From: Candidatus Eremiobacteria bacterium
GTDB lineage: Bacteria > Vulcanimicrobiota > Vulcanimicrobiia > Vulcanimicrobiales > Vulcanimicrobiaceae
Length of the DNA stretch: 64,000 nt
Direction of reading: 5' to 3'
NCBI GenBank assembly: GCA_963737065.1
Contig: CAVTRC010000001.1
Span: 1,408,001-1,472,000, forward strand
Of the stretch, positions 23,890 to 33,778 are shown one piece after another (the first letter of the stretch is position 1; each line of letters opens with the position of its first letter). Below the pieces are notes generated by a model, which saw only the letters and a list, made by a program, of their open reading frames with translations, had not been told where the DNA came from and did not search any database. The position numbers and the translations under genes were made by a program.

Positions 23890-24597
23890 ATGAAGCTAGC
23901 TTGCACGAGCAGCGCGTTCGCGGGTGCGCTGGATCGCGGAGATCTGACGCAGCTCGAAGTTCTCGATCACGCTGCTCGAGAGCTGAGGATCGACGGCATC
24001 GTCTTGGACGTGCGGCACTTTCCGCGGACCGATGCGGACTACCTCGCCCAAATAAAGAAGATGGCCACCGACCTCGGCTTGACGATCGCCGCGTTGGAAA
24101 GCCGCGACATGCTGACATGCGATACGTCGTCGATGCAACGTGTGCTTGCGGTGGCGTGCGCAGTCGGCAGCCCGTTGATCGCGGCTCCGCTTGGATCGGA
24201 GACACTGCTGCCGTGGAACGCGCAGCTCGCGAAACTCTCCGAAGCGGCGGGGCTTGCAAAGGCCGCAAACGTTACGCTCGCTTTGCGCAACGTGCCGGGG
24301 ACGTTTGCAGCGACGGCTTCAGATTGCAGGCGGGTGTCGAAGGAGACCGATTCCGCCTGGTTGCGGTACGGCATCGAGCCGTCCGCGTTCGATGCGGCGA
24401 GCGATTCGTGCGACCTCGTGGACCGCACCGTGCTGCTATGGTCCAACGCGTTCGCTCCGCCGGAGGCATTCCTAGCGGCGTGGCAATCGTTTTTGGGATT
24501 CGCCGTGCTCACCGGCGACGCGCCGGTATTGGAAATGACAAACGCGATCCGCCGTTGGCGTATCGCGCATGCACGATCCGTGCTCGACCGCAAATAG
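23890..24597 (+). CDS. xylose-isomerase-like TIM barrel protein
   Basis: Overall resemblance to the sugar-phosphate isomerase/epimerase (AP endonuclease 2) family. Confidence 0.65.
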   Translation: MKLACTSSAFAGALDRGDLTQLEVLDHAARELRIDGIVLDVRHFPRTDADYLAQIKKMATDLGLTIAALESRDMLTCDTSSMQRVLAVACAVGSPLIAAPLGSETLLPWNAQLAKLSEAAGLAKAANVTLALRNVPGTFAATASDCRRVSKETDSAWLRYGIEPSAFDAASDSCDLVDRTVLLWSNAFAPPEAFLAAWQSFLGFAVLTGDAPVLEMTNAIRRWRIAHARSVLDRK

Positions 24598-24599
24598 CG

Positions 24600-24770
24600 T
24601 CTGCCACGCGAGGCAACTGAACCTGCGGTCTCGCAGGTGGGTGCGGCCCGGGCGCCGGTACCGCAGGCTCGAGGCCCAAGCGATCCCGTCGTATCCGGAG
24701 CTGATGCTCCCTAGGTATCCAAGTCGGTTCGGCACCTATGCGTGGTGCGCGCTAAGCGCAGTCGAGCCTT
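24600..24770 (-). ncRNA. ssrS: probable 6S RNA
   Basis: Minus strand: 5' CCACGC..AGG..GAACC pairs with 3' GGTTC..CCT.GCGTGG; internal GGGAGC and GCACCCACCTGC..GCAGGTTC resemble Firmicutes-type 6S. Extended -10-like TGGTACTCT upstream. Ends are approximate. Confidence 0.65.
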
Positions 24771-24858
24771 GTTAGAGTACCACTTGCCGTCAAGCCGTCC
24801 TTGCCGGATCGCCGTTGGCGCTTGCGCGGGCGCCGGCACGGCGTGATTGAGCCGCGCT

Positions 24859-25350
24859 ATGCAGACACAACCCCTCGCCCGCGAACGGTACGTTCGCCAC
24901 GGACATCTCGACGTTCCGCGGAGCGCCGAGCGACAGTATGAAGCCGCAAAAGCGTACCTGTCGGGCGATCCGGTCGAGCGCCGTCTTTTTCAGCGATTAC
25001 AGCATCCCGCGGACGGCCGCCACTACGTTTTGGCAATCAATCACCGCAATAGCGATTACTTCGACCCGCGCAGCAACACGATCGGATGGGACCCGTATAG
25101 CGCGCTTCGCACCACGAACGGAGGGCGCCAGTCGCCGGCCCTCGGTCTCGGACATGAAATCGATCATGCGGTCGAAAAGCGTTCCAAGTCGCAGCGGCTG
25201 ATGAATCAATTCGATGCGCGCTACGATGACGCTGAAGAACGCCGTGTCATTCTCGGCAGCGAAACGCATGCCGCGCGCACGCTCGGTGAAGGCATTCGTC
25301 ACGATCATGCGGGAAGCGTGTATCACGTCGCTTCGCCGGTGATGCGATGA
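24859..25350 (+). CDS. small zinc metallopeptidase-like protein (M91/NleD-like, HExxH)
   Basis: IGWDP...QSPALGLGHEIDHA...EERRVI...E...LGEGIR. Confidence 0.65.
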   Translation: MQTQPLARERYVRHGHLDVPRSAERQYEAAKAYLSGDPVERRLFQRLQHPADGRHYVLAINHRNSDYFDPRSNTIGWDPYSALRTTNGGRQSPALGLGHEIDHAVEKRSKSQRLMNQFDARYDDAEERRVILGSETHAARTLGEGIRHDHAGSVYHVASPVMR

Positions 25351-25401
25351 TCGCGCCATCCTGGCGCGAGGAGAGCGTGCGAACGGGCAGAAGCCGCACG
25401 C

Positions 25402-26418
25402 ATGGGTCTCTCGCTCTCCATTACACCGCTTGCGCTCTCGCTTAAACATCCGTTCAAAATCGCGCGCGGCGAAACGTCCGTCGCACGCACCGCGCTCTTC
25501 CGAGTCAGTGACGGCACCGACGAAGGGATCGGCGAGTCGACGCCGATCGAGCGCTACGGCGAATCGCTCGAATCGGTCGAGCACTATTTCGAAGAAAACG
25601 AAATGACGCTCGATGACCCATTCCAGCTTGAACGTCTGCTGCACGAACGGATTCCCGCGGCGGCGCGCGAGGGGCTCGACCTCGCGCTGCACGATCTCAT
25701 CGGCAAGCGACTCGAGCAACCACTATACGCGTTGTTAGGACTCGATCCCGCACGGACGCCCGTGACTTCGTTCACGATCGGCATCAGTGATCCGGAAACG
25801 ACGCTGCGTAAACTTGACGAAATCGGCACGCATCCGGTCCTCAAAGTAAAGCTCGGATTGGGAAGCGCACGCGAACAAGTCGAAACGATGGCCGCAGTTC
25901 GGGGCCGCTACACGGGCACCATCCGAATCGATGCAAATGAGGGCTGGAACGTCGGGACCGCGATCGAGATTCTCGGTGAACTTGCGAAGTACGACATCGA
26001 GTTTTGCGAGCAGCCGATTCCGGCCGGCTCTCCGCAAGGACTCCGCGCGATTCGCGAACGATCCGAAATACCGATCGTCGCCGACGAAGATTCACTTACC
26101 GCTCGAGACCTGCCGCAATTGATCGGCTGCGTCGACGGCGTCAACGTAAAGCTCGCGAAAACCGGCGGCATTCGCGGCGCGGTCGCAATGATTCATGCTG
26201 CGCGTGCCCTCGGCATGAAGATCATGCTCGGCTGCATGGTCGAAAGCGCCATCGCGGCGACTGCGGCCGCGCACATTTCACCGCTCGTCGACTGGGCCGA
26301 CATCGACGGCCCGTTTTTGACGAAGGACGACCCGTTCAGCGGCGTTACGTATCAACACGGAAAATTGATCTTGCCCGATGAGCCCGGACTCGGTGTCAAA
26401 GAACGCGTCGCCGCATGA
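25402..26418 (+). CDS. dipeptide epimerase (L-Ala-D/L-Glu epimerase / DgcA-like, enolase superfamily)
   Basis: PFKIARG, KVK, DANEGW, EQP, ADE, KLAKTGG, GCMVE, DIDG. Confidence 0.92.
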   Translation: MGLSLSITPLALSLKHPFKIARGETSVARTALFRVSDGTDEGIGESTPIERYGESLESVEHYFEENEMTLDDPFQLERLLHERIPAAAREGLDLALHDLIGKRLEQPLYALLGLDPARTPVTSFTIGISDPETTLRKLDEIGTHPVLKVKLGLGSAREQVETMAAVRGRYTGTIRIDANEGWNVGTAIEILGELAKYDIEFCEQPIPAGSPQGLRAIRERSEIPIVADEDSLTARDLPQLIGCVDGVNVKLAKTGGIRGAVAMIHAARALGMKIMLGCMVESAIAATAAAHISPLVDWADIDGPFLTKDDPFSGVTYQHGKLILPDEPGLGVKERVAA

Positions 26419-27473
26419 AGCGCCGGCGCTATGCAATTCTCGCGCCCGGCAAGTTCGTTGACGACGCGAAAACGGCGCACGGCGTTATCGCGTACGGCGA
26501 AGACGATGTCGTGGCCGTCGTCGACGACGACTTCGCCGGAAAGCACGTGCACGATCTGCTTCCGCATCTGCGCAACGATGCACCGATCGTCGGCACCGTG
26601 GAAGAAGCGCTCGCATATCACCCGACGTCGTTGTTGATCGGAACCGCCCCGAAGGGCGGCGCTCTGCCGAATGCCTGGCGTAATGAAATTCTGCGTGCGA
26701 TCCGCGCCAAACTCGAGATCGTGAGCGGTCTGCACGATATGCTTGCGGACGACGAAGAGTTCGCGCAAGCGGCGCGTGCAAACGGCACCGATATTTGGGA
26801 CGTTCGCAAACCGCCGGCAACGCCGATCTTCTCGGGCGCAGCGTACGACGTCAAAGCGCCCGTCATGCTGATGGTCGGCAATGATTGCGCCGTCGGGAAG
26901 ATGACCGTTGCACTGGAGCTCGCGCGCGCAGCTCGCGACGCCGGCGCGCATGCGGAGTTTGTGCCGACGGGGCAAACCGGCATCATGATCGCCGGTTGGG
27001 GGATTTCGATCGACCGCGTAATCGCGGACTTCGCACCGGGCGCCACCGAATTGCTAGTGCTCGAAGCGGCATCGCGCAATCCGGACGTCATCATCGTCGA
27101 AGGACAAGGATCGATCAACCATCCTGCGTACGCGCCGGTGACGCTCGCGCTGATGTACGGCGCGGCGCCCGACGCGCTCGTCCTCGTGGTCGATCCGCTA
27201 CGGCCGACGATCGAGAGCTACGCGACGCCGACGCTCGGTTATCGCGAGCTCATCGGCATTCACGAAGCATTGCTTGCGACCGTGAAGCCCGCGCGCGTCA
27301 TCGGCATCGCACTGAACACGCGCAAACTCGACGATCCGGCCGCGCGTCGCGAGATCGAGCGCGCGAAAGCCGAGACGACGCTGCCCGCGGACGATGTCGT
27401 CCGTTACGGTCCGCACGCGCTGTACGCGGCGATCGCACCGGCACTGCACAAAGAGCGTCCGTGCGGCGCATAG
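26415..27473 (+). CDS. DUF1611 family protein (DgcN-like, P-loop)
   Basis: AKTAHG, IVSGLH, GNDCAVGKMT, TGQTGI, VEGQGS. Confidence 0.92.
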   Translation: MKRRRYAILAPGKFVDDAKTAHGVIAYGEDDVVAVVDDDFAGKHVHDLLPHLRNDAPIVGTVEEALAYHPTSLLIGTAPKGGALPNAWRNEILRAIRAKLEIVSGLHDMLADDEEFAQAARANGTDIWDVRKPPATPIFSGAAYDVKAPVMLMVGNDCAVGKMTVALELARAARDAGAHAEFVPTGQTGIMIAGWGISIDRVIADFAPGATELLVLEAASRNPDVIIVEGQGSINHPAYAPVTLALMYGAAPDALVLVVDPLRPTIESYATPTLGYRELIGIHEALLATVKPARVIGIALNTRKLDDPAARREIERAKAETTLPADDVVRYGPHALYAAIAPALHKERPCGA

Positions 27474-29073
27474 CCGCGCTGCTGATCCTCGTCGCGCTCG
27501 CAGCGTGCACGAAAACAACGACGACCGCGAGAAGCGGCCGTCATTCGTGGACAATTCCGGGCGTGCTGCGAATGGGCGAACAGCAGGAGCCTGATTCGCT
27601 CAACTTAATGTTCGGCAACAACGAATCGACCGATGAAGTGAGTTCGCTGCTCTACTCGTTTCTGATCCGGTACGATGCGGACGGCAATCTGATTCCCGAT
27701 CTCGCGCTCGCAATTCCGACAAAGCACAACGGCGGGATCAGCGCAGACGGAAAGACGATCACCGTTCGCCTGCGCCGCAATGCGCGTTGGTCCGACGGTG
27801 CGCCCGTAACCGCAAGCGATTGGCTCTTCACGTACCACGCGGTGCTCAATCCGCGCAACAACGTCAAATCGCACTACGGATGGGACGGCATCGCGAGCGC
27901 AAAGGCGCCCGACGATTACACCCTCGTCCTTCAGCTCAAACATCCGAGCGTCTCTGCGTTCGACATTTTGACGATGGGCGGCACGGCGTATCCGCCGCTG
28001 CCGTCGCATTTGTTGGCAAAGCCTGCCGGATATCAATCGCGCGCCGATCAATAGCATGCCGGTTTCCAGCGGGCCGTACGTGCTGAAGCAATGGAATCAC
28101 GGCTCGTCGCTCGTCTTTGAGCCGAATCCGTACTACTGGCGCGGCGCTCCGAAGTTACACCAGCTCGTGTGGAAAGTCGTGCCAGATACGAACACACTGC
28201 TCAGCCAACTACAGACGCACGAAATCGATCTCTATCGCGACGTCGATTCGAATTCCGTGCCGAGGCTGTCATCGATTGACGGCGTGGTCGTGCAGCACCG
28301 GTTGATTGCGAATTGGCGTCATCTCGGCATCAATATGAGCCGCCCGCTGCTCTCGGACGTGCGCGTTCGTCAAGCGATCGCCGAAGGCATCGATTGGAAG
28401 CAGATCAACGATACCGTCTACCACGGAATCAACGAGCTCGCCCTCTCCGATATCTTTCCGCAGTCATGGGCGGCTCCGTCGTTGCCGCCGTACCGCTACG
28501 ATCCGCAGCATGCGCGCGCACTGCTTGCGCAAGCCGGCTGGAAGCCCGGACCGGACGGCATCCTTCGCCGCAACGGCGCTTCCGCTGCGTCTTACCGTTT
28601 CCGCTTCAAACAGCGCGAAAAGCAACGAACAATCCGAGGTCGTGATGCAATCGATGCTGCGCGCTCTCGGCATCGACGTCGCGATTCGCAATTATCCGTC
28701 GAGCCTGATGTTCGCAGAGAACGGTCCGCTCTACACCGGAAAATACGACCTCGAGTGGTCGATCAATACCAACGGTCCCGATCCTGACAACGCGGGAAGC
28801 TGGAATTCCGCATTCATTCCGCCGCACGGCGCAAATACGTCGTGGTTACGCGATCCGGTCGTCGACCGGACGAGCGCGGCAGCAGCCGCGACGTACGACC
28901 AGGCCGAACGCAAACGGCTCTACCAACAGGAGGAACAACGCATTCGGCAGGTCGTTCCGGCGGTTTTCTTCTATTGGGAACAGTCGTATTACGGTCTGAA
29001 CAGCGACATCAAAGGGTTCAAACCGGCCGCATTTCTCGTCGACACGTGGAACGCATGGGAGTGGCAGATTTAG
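27461..29073 (+). pseudogene. peptide ABC transporter substrate-binding lipoprotein (family 5), split by two +1 frameshifts (probably sequencing errors)
   Basis: Lipobox LAAC, EPDSLN, IPDLA, WSDGAPVT, SGPY, VRQAI, WNAWEW. Extra bases near 28022 and 28580. Confidence 0.85.
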
Positions 29074-29958
29074 GCGCATCGTTCGCGCAAGCGCTCAATA
29101 TTCGTGAAGGCACCCAGCTACGCTTCGAGCCGGCGCGCAGCGGCGTCGTGAGTTGGAACACGTACGCACCACACGGGCGACTGAAGTTTCGCTTGCTCCG
29201 TGCGGGTGTCCCGGCCACGTCGTGGTATCGACTACGCGGAATGGCACACGAGCGGCCGTAAATCGTTTAGCGCACAAAGCGATCGCGAAGGCGTGCGCGT
29301 CGACGTCGACGTCATCACCGCGGAGCAGCCGTTCGACGGAGTCGAACTCTTCGCAGCCGGCGTTGATTTCAACGTGTTGGCGTTCGCGGCACCGGCTCAT
29401 GCGCTTGCGTCGTTACCGTACGCGCGCGACGCGGTGATTCTCGATGTTCCGGCGTACACGCAATACATCGTAGAAGGGCAGCGCGGCTGGTGCAGCCCTA
29501 CGAGCCTCGCGATGGTGAACTCGTATCACGGCATCGACATCGGTGTCGAAGAAACGGCGCGCAGCGTAGCCGACCGCGCGTACAACGGTACGGGGAACTG
29601 GGCGTTCAACGTCGCCTACAGCGGCAGTTTGGGATTGCGTGCGGTCGTCGCCTATCTTCAGAACCTCGATCAAGCGCAACGCCTCATCGAGCGCAACCTT
29701 CCAGTGATTATCTCGTACTCGTGGAGCGAGGGCGATCTGCCGGGCGCGCCGCTCGAACACTCCGACGGACATCTAGCCGTTTTGTGCGGCTTTACGGCGA
29801 GCGGCGACTGCGCGATGAACGATCCCGCCGCGCCGCTGGTACGCGTGGTCTACCCGCGCGCGCCGCTCGAACGTATTTGGCAGCGCAACAATGGTGTGGC
29901 GTATGTGATCGCGCCCGTAGGCGTCGATTATCTCGACGTGCTTACGTCGCCCGCATGA
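29055..29958 (+). pseudogene. C39-like cysteine peptidase with N-terminal beta domain, one +1 frameshift (probably a sequencing error)
   Basis: Q...WCSPTSLAM, GNWAFN, DGHL, NDPA. An extra T near 29226 splits ...ATSW from IDYAEW... Confidence 0.8.
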
Positions 29959-30479
29959 CACACTCCGCACAGCCGCACGAGCGGGTTGCGAGCATCGTGG
30001 ACGTGAAGGATGCACCGCTGCACATCGCGCTGGTCGAACCGGAAATTCCGCCGAACACCGGAAACGTCGCGCGCTTGTGCGCGGCAACGGGCTGTGCGTT
30101 GCACCTAGTACAACCGCTCGGTTTTCGCATCGACGACCGGGAACTCAAGCGCGCCGGTTTGGATTACTGGCACAACGTCGGCGTCGTGCTGCACCCATCG
30201 CTCGATGCGTTTCTCGATACGACCTCGGCGATGTCGCGCTGGTTCTTTTCGACCCACGCGGCGCACCGCTACACGGACATGAAGTTCGCGCTCGGCGATG
30301 TGCTCGTCTTCGGCCGTGAAACGAAGGGGTTACCAAAGGACCTTCTCGCTCGCTTCACCGACCGCGCCCTTCGCATTCCGATGCGCGAAGGGACCGTTCG
30401 CAGCGTGAACCTCTCCACCGCCGTCGGCATTGCGACGTACGGCGCGCTCACGGCACTCGATTTTCCCGGATTGCGATGA
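29955..30479 (+). CDS. trmL: tRNA (cytidine(34)-2'-O)-methyltransferase
   Basis: EPEIPPNTGN, RAGLDYW, FGRETKGLP, RSVNLS. ATGA overlap with the upstream gene. Confidence 0.93.
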   Translation: MTHSAQPHERVASIVDVKDAPLHIALVEPEIPPNTGNVARLCAATGCALHLVQPLGFRIDDRELKRAGLDYWHNVGVVLHPSLDAFLDTTSAMSRWFFSTHAAHRYTDMKFALGDVLVFGRETKGLPKDLLARFTDRALRIPMREGTVRSVNLSTAVGIATYGALTALDFPGLR

Positions 30480-31264
30480 CGGCACGCGTCACGTATCAGT
30501 TCGTCAACGACGTCTTTCGCGGGCCGGTTTACGGACGTCACGATATTTTCACCGCGCGATCGTTCAACGACTTCGTCCATCGCAACGACGTCGATCTTTC
30601 GCGCGCGATTTTTTCGTTTGACGGCAACAGACCGATCGGAACGATCGTGTTTGCGCAACGCGGCGAACGCGTCTGGCTTTCGCTCATGGGCGTTCTCCCG
30701 GAATATCGGCGGCAAGGCCTGGGGCGAGCGCTCTTTGCCGGAGCGGTCGATACGGTCCGCGCGTCCGGCGCCAAACACATCGAATTCGAGGTCGTGCAGC
30801 GCAACGTCGCCGTACAACAAATGTACGACGGCTTCGGCTTCCGCACCGACGGCGAACTGTTCGTATGGGCTCGAAAGGCGAAGCGCAGCGCTCGCAACGG
30901 GTTGGTAACGCGTAAGCACGCCGCGGCGACCGTACAACGCGTTGCGCGCACGGCGGCGCCATGCTGGCAACGAGAACGTGTTGCTGTAGCGCGCACGCCG
31001 TCCGCGCTCATCGAGGTCGATGATGCATACGCCTTTATTCGCTTACAGGATGAAACTGCGTACGTCCTCGACGCAGATGCGCGCGATGAAGCGAGTGCGC
31101 ATGCCCTACTAGAGCAAATGGATTCGCGCATCCCACACGATATTACGCTTTTTAATGAACCACGCGACTCGGCGCTCAGCGTTGCCTTGCGATGCAGCGG
31201 CTGGAACATTGTCGAACGTCAGTTCAAGATGAGTGATAGCCCTCTTCCGCTGTCCCATCGGTAA
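30476..31264 (+). CDS. GNAT family N-acetyltransferase
   Basis: GVLPEYRRQGLG acetyl-CoA motif; N...YDGFGF. Confidence 0.85.
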   Translation: MTARVTYQFVNDVFRGPVYGRHDIFTARSFNDFVHRNDVDLSRAIFSFDGNRPIGTIVFAQRGERVWLSLMGVLPEYRRQGLGRALFAGAVDTVRASGAKHIEFEVVQRNVAVQQMYDGFGFRTDGELFVWARKAKRSARNGLVTRKHAAATVQRVARTAAPCWQRERVAVARTPSALIEVDDAYAFIRLQDETAYVLDADARDEASAHALLEQMDSRIPHDITLFNEPRDSALSVALRCSGWNIVERQFKMSDSPLPLSHR

Positions 31265-31583
31265 TAGACACCGGCGCATCGTCGGCAGCTTCAATAGAGC
31301 CGAAGATGCCCTTCAGGCACGCCCGGCCGTCAACGCGCATGCAGCCCTTCACGATTCCGTCGAAGTATACGAGCGCGTCAGGCTCTACGATGAAATCGCC
31401 CGTGACGATGCCGCGTCCGAGCGTCTTTACGCCGGAGCGAACGATCAGATTCGCGTGAACGATTACGCCGAAGTCCGCATCACGATCGATAGTAACCGCA
31501 TCCTCATGAATTCCTCGAACCATGTGGGCAGGAACGACGAGCGGAAAGCGCTCGACGAATTGTTCGCGTGTGAGCCGCTCCAT
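31224..31583 (-). CDS. hypothetical protein, possibly bactofilin/polymer-forming-like
   Basis: Repeating G-x-V-x-G beta-helix-like pattern; follows the MFS gene on the same strand. Confidence 0.5.
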   Translation of the reverse strand: MERLTREQFVERFPLVVPAHMVRGIHEDAVTIDRDADFGVIVHANLIVRSGVKTLGRGIVTGDFIVEPDALVYFDGIVKGCMRVDGRACLKGIFGSIEAADDAPVSITDGTAEEGYHSS

Positions 31584-31598
31584 GAGGAACGTCGTTTG

Positions 31599-32813
31599 CT
31601 ACGCCGCTTTGACGCCCTGCGGCTTCGGCATGAAAAACGTGCCGCCGAAGGCAAGAACGGCGAACGCCGCAATCGTGACGTAGACGGTGACGAGGCCGAA
31701 ATCGTCGCCGATTTTTCCGAACGCGGGCGCCGCTAAGCCGCCGATCGTGTTCGCGAGTCCGAGCGTCACGCCGGACGCGACGCCGATGTGCTTGGGCAGA
31801 TACTCTTGGCCAAGGACGACGAGCACGCCGGCCGAGAGCCCGAGCGAAATGCCGAAGCCGAGTGCGAGCACGGTCATCAACGCGAACGGATGGAAATACG
31901 CGCCGCAAACCGCGAGCAATGCACCGGCGGCCGCCGTCAATGCAAGTGAAAGCGTGATGACGCGCCGTCGATCGATGCGGTCCGCGAGACGGCCGCCTTG
32001 CATCGTTCCGATCGCACCGCCCAGCAGTAACGCGAAGAGCGCGACGGAACCGAAGATCGCGTGCACGCCGCTCACGCGCATGATAAAGACCGGCGTAAAC
32101 GTGACGGCCGCGAGAAACGTCGTCGAACGCAATGCGACGACGACCGCCATCAGCGAGAACCCACGCCAATCGTCATTGCCGGCGCGCGCGCGATGGGCGC
32201 GATGCGCCGTCTTGCGAACTTCGTTAAAGCGCGGCAACGCGCGGACGAGGAGCGCGGCTACGGCGACCGCTGGAATGAGAAGAAACGCAACGCCGGGTAA
32301 CCCGAATGCAAGGATCAGCGGAGCGGCTAAAACCGGTCCAACGGCGAAACCCAAGTAGCCGCCGACGGTGAAGGTGCTCATGCCCGACGCGCGTTTTCGC
32401 CCGGCGAAGTAATTCGAGAACCGAGAGCTTTCCGGATGGAATGCCGCCACGCCGATGCCGGAAATCACTGCACCGGCGAGCATCACGGGCAGCGTCGGCG
32501 CGATCCCGATCAATGCCGTGCCGCTCGTCGCGAAAAGAACCGCGACCGGGATGACCCACGCGCTGGACCGCTTGTCGGAGAGATAGCCGAAGAGCGGCTG
32601 AACGACCGAGCCAAAGAGGTTCGCCGCGAGCGTCAGCGTCGCCGCAAGCGTAAGGCTCAGACCGCGATGCGCGACGAGCCACGGAATCATCGCCGGAAGG
32701 ACGCCCTGATTGATGTCGTTCATCAGGTGCGCAGCGGTCAGTAACAGGAGGCCAGAGCGATCGGCTTTGCCCGCGGCGGCGGTGGCTGAGGCAGGGGCGG
32801 TCGCGAGCGCCAT
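31599..32813 (-). CDS. MFS transporter (Fsr/fosmidomycin-resistance-like)
   Basis: HLMND, VVQPLFGYLSD, AAFHPE, GGRLADR, QEYLP. Confidence 0.9.
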   Translation of the reverse strand: MALATAPASATAAAGKADRSGLLLLTAAHLMNDINQGVLPAMIPWLVAHRGLSLTLAATLTLAANLFGSVVQPLFGYLSDKRSSAWVIPVAVLFATSGTALIGIAPTLPVMLAGAVISGIGVAAFHPESSRFSNYFAGRKRASGMSTFTVGGYLGFAVGPVLAAPLILAFGLPGVAFLLIPAVAVAALLVRALPRFNEVRKTAHRAHRARAGNDDWRGFSLMAVVVALRSTTFLAAVTFTPVFIMRVSGVHAIFGSVALFALLLGGAIGTMQGGRLADRIDRRRVITLSLALTAAAGALLAVCGAYFHPFALMTVLALGFGISLGLSAGVLVVLGQEYLPKHIGVASGVTLGLANTIGGLAAPAFGKIGDDFGLVTVYVTIAAFAVLAFGGTFFMPKPQGVKAA

Positions 32814-32840
32814 GCCTGAATCATCCCATACGCCGCGTTC

Positions 32841-32878
32841 ATAAGTCCAATATATTATTCGACTTGGTTTGATAAGAT
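32841..32878. promoter_or_regulatory. divergent LysR control region: T-N11-A box and extended -10 of lysR
   Basis: ATA-N9-TAT at 32841-32855; TG-A-TAAGAT at 32870-32878, 6 nt before the lysR ATG. Confidence 0.55.
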
Positions 32879-32884
32879 AGCGAT

Positions 32885-33778
32885 ATGGAGCTCCGGCAAC
32901 TCCGCTACACTGTGGCCGTCGCGCAGCGGCTGAGTTTCACGCAGGCGGCCGTGGCGCTGTCGGTCGCGCAGCCGGCGCTCTCGCAGCAGATTGCCGGGCT
33001 CGAACGCGAACTGGGGGTGCGTCTCTTCGACCGAACGAACCGGCGCGTGAGCCTCACCGACGCGGGACGCGCATTCGTGCGCCGCGCGGAACGCATCCTG
33101 GCCGATATCGATGGGACCGCCGAAGAGATGACCGCGTACGCCGGCGGGTTGCGCGGCCGCGTCGTGGTCGGAACGTATCAGTCGTTCGCCGAGTATACGC
33201 TGCCGAAGCTGCTCGGACGCTTCCATGCGCGGTATCCCGGCATCGAGATCGCGCTTCGTGAAGGCATGGCGGACGATCTCCTTGCGGCCCTGGAAACGAA
33301 CGCCGTCGACGTCTTCATCGGCCACATCGCGGAGACTCGCTACGCGGGCGATCCGCAGCTTCGCTCGGAACCGCTTTATGATGACGAACTCGTTATTGCG
33401 GTCGGCGGATCGCACCGGCTCGCGTCGCGCAGCACCGTGCGGATGGACGAGCTGCGCGACGAACCATTCATCATTTTCCGCCGCGGCTCTTCGGTGACGG
33501 CGCGCCTGCTGCTCGAAGCGCGCAAGGCGCAATTCGAGCCGCGCGTCGTGTTCGAAAGCGTCGATTCGTTGACGATTCGCTCGCTCGTCGCCGAAGGGCT
33601 CGGCGTCGCGCTATATCCGCGCATGCTCGGCAATATGCCGGGGCCGAATGTGTCGTTGCTCTCGCTCACGCCCGAACGTCTCATCCGAAGCGTCGCACTC
33701 GTCCGGCGCGCCGCGCCGTATGCCCGCTCCGCTGAAACGTTCATCGATTTCATTCGCGACGCGATGGAGTATGCATGA
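32885..33778 (+). CDS. LysR family transcriptional regulator
   Basis: MELRQLRY...SFTQAA...QPALSQQI...LFDR...LTDAG. Confidence 0.95.
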   Translation: MELRQLRYTVAVAQRLSFTQAAVALSVAQPALSQQIAGLERELGVRLFDRTNRRVSLTDAGRAFVRRAERILADIDGTAEEMTAYAGGLRGRVVVGTYQSFAEYTLPKLLGRFHARYPGIEIALREGMADDLLAALETNAVDVFIGHIAETRYAGDPQLRSEPLYDDELVIAVGGSHRLASRSTVRMDELRDEPFIIFRRGSSVTARLLLEARKAQFEPRVVFESVDSLTIRSLVAEGLGVALYPRMLGNMPGPNVSLLSLTPERLIRSVALVRRAAPYARSAETFIDFIRDAMEYA

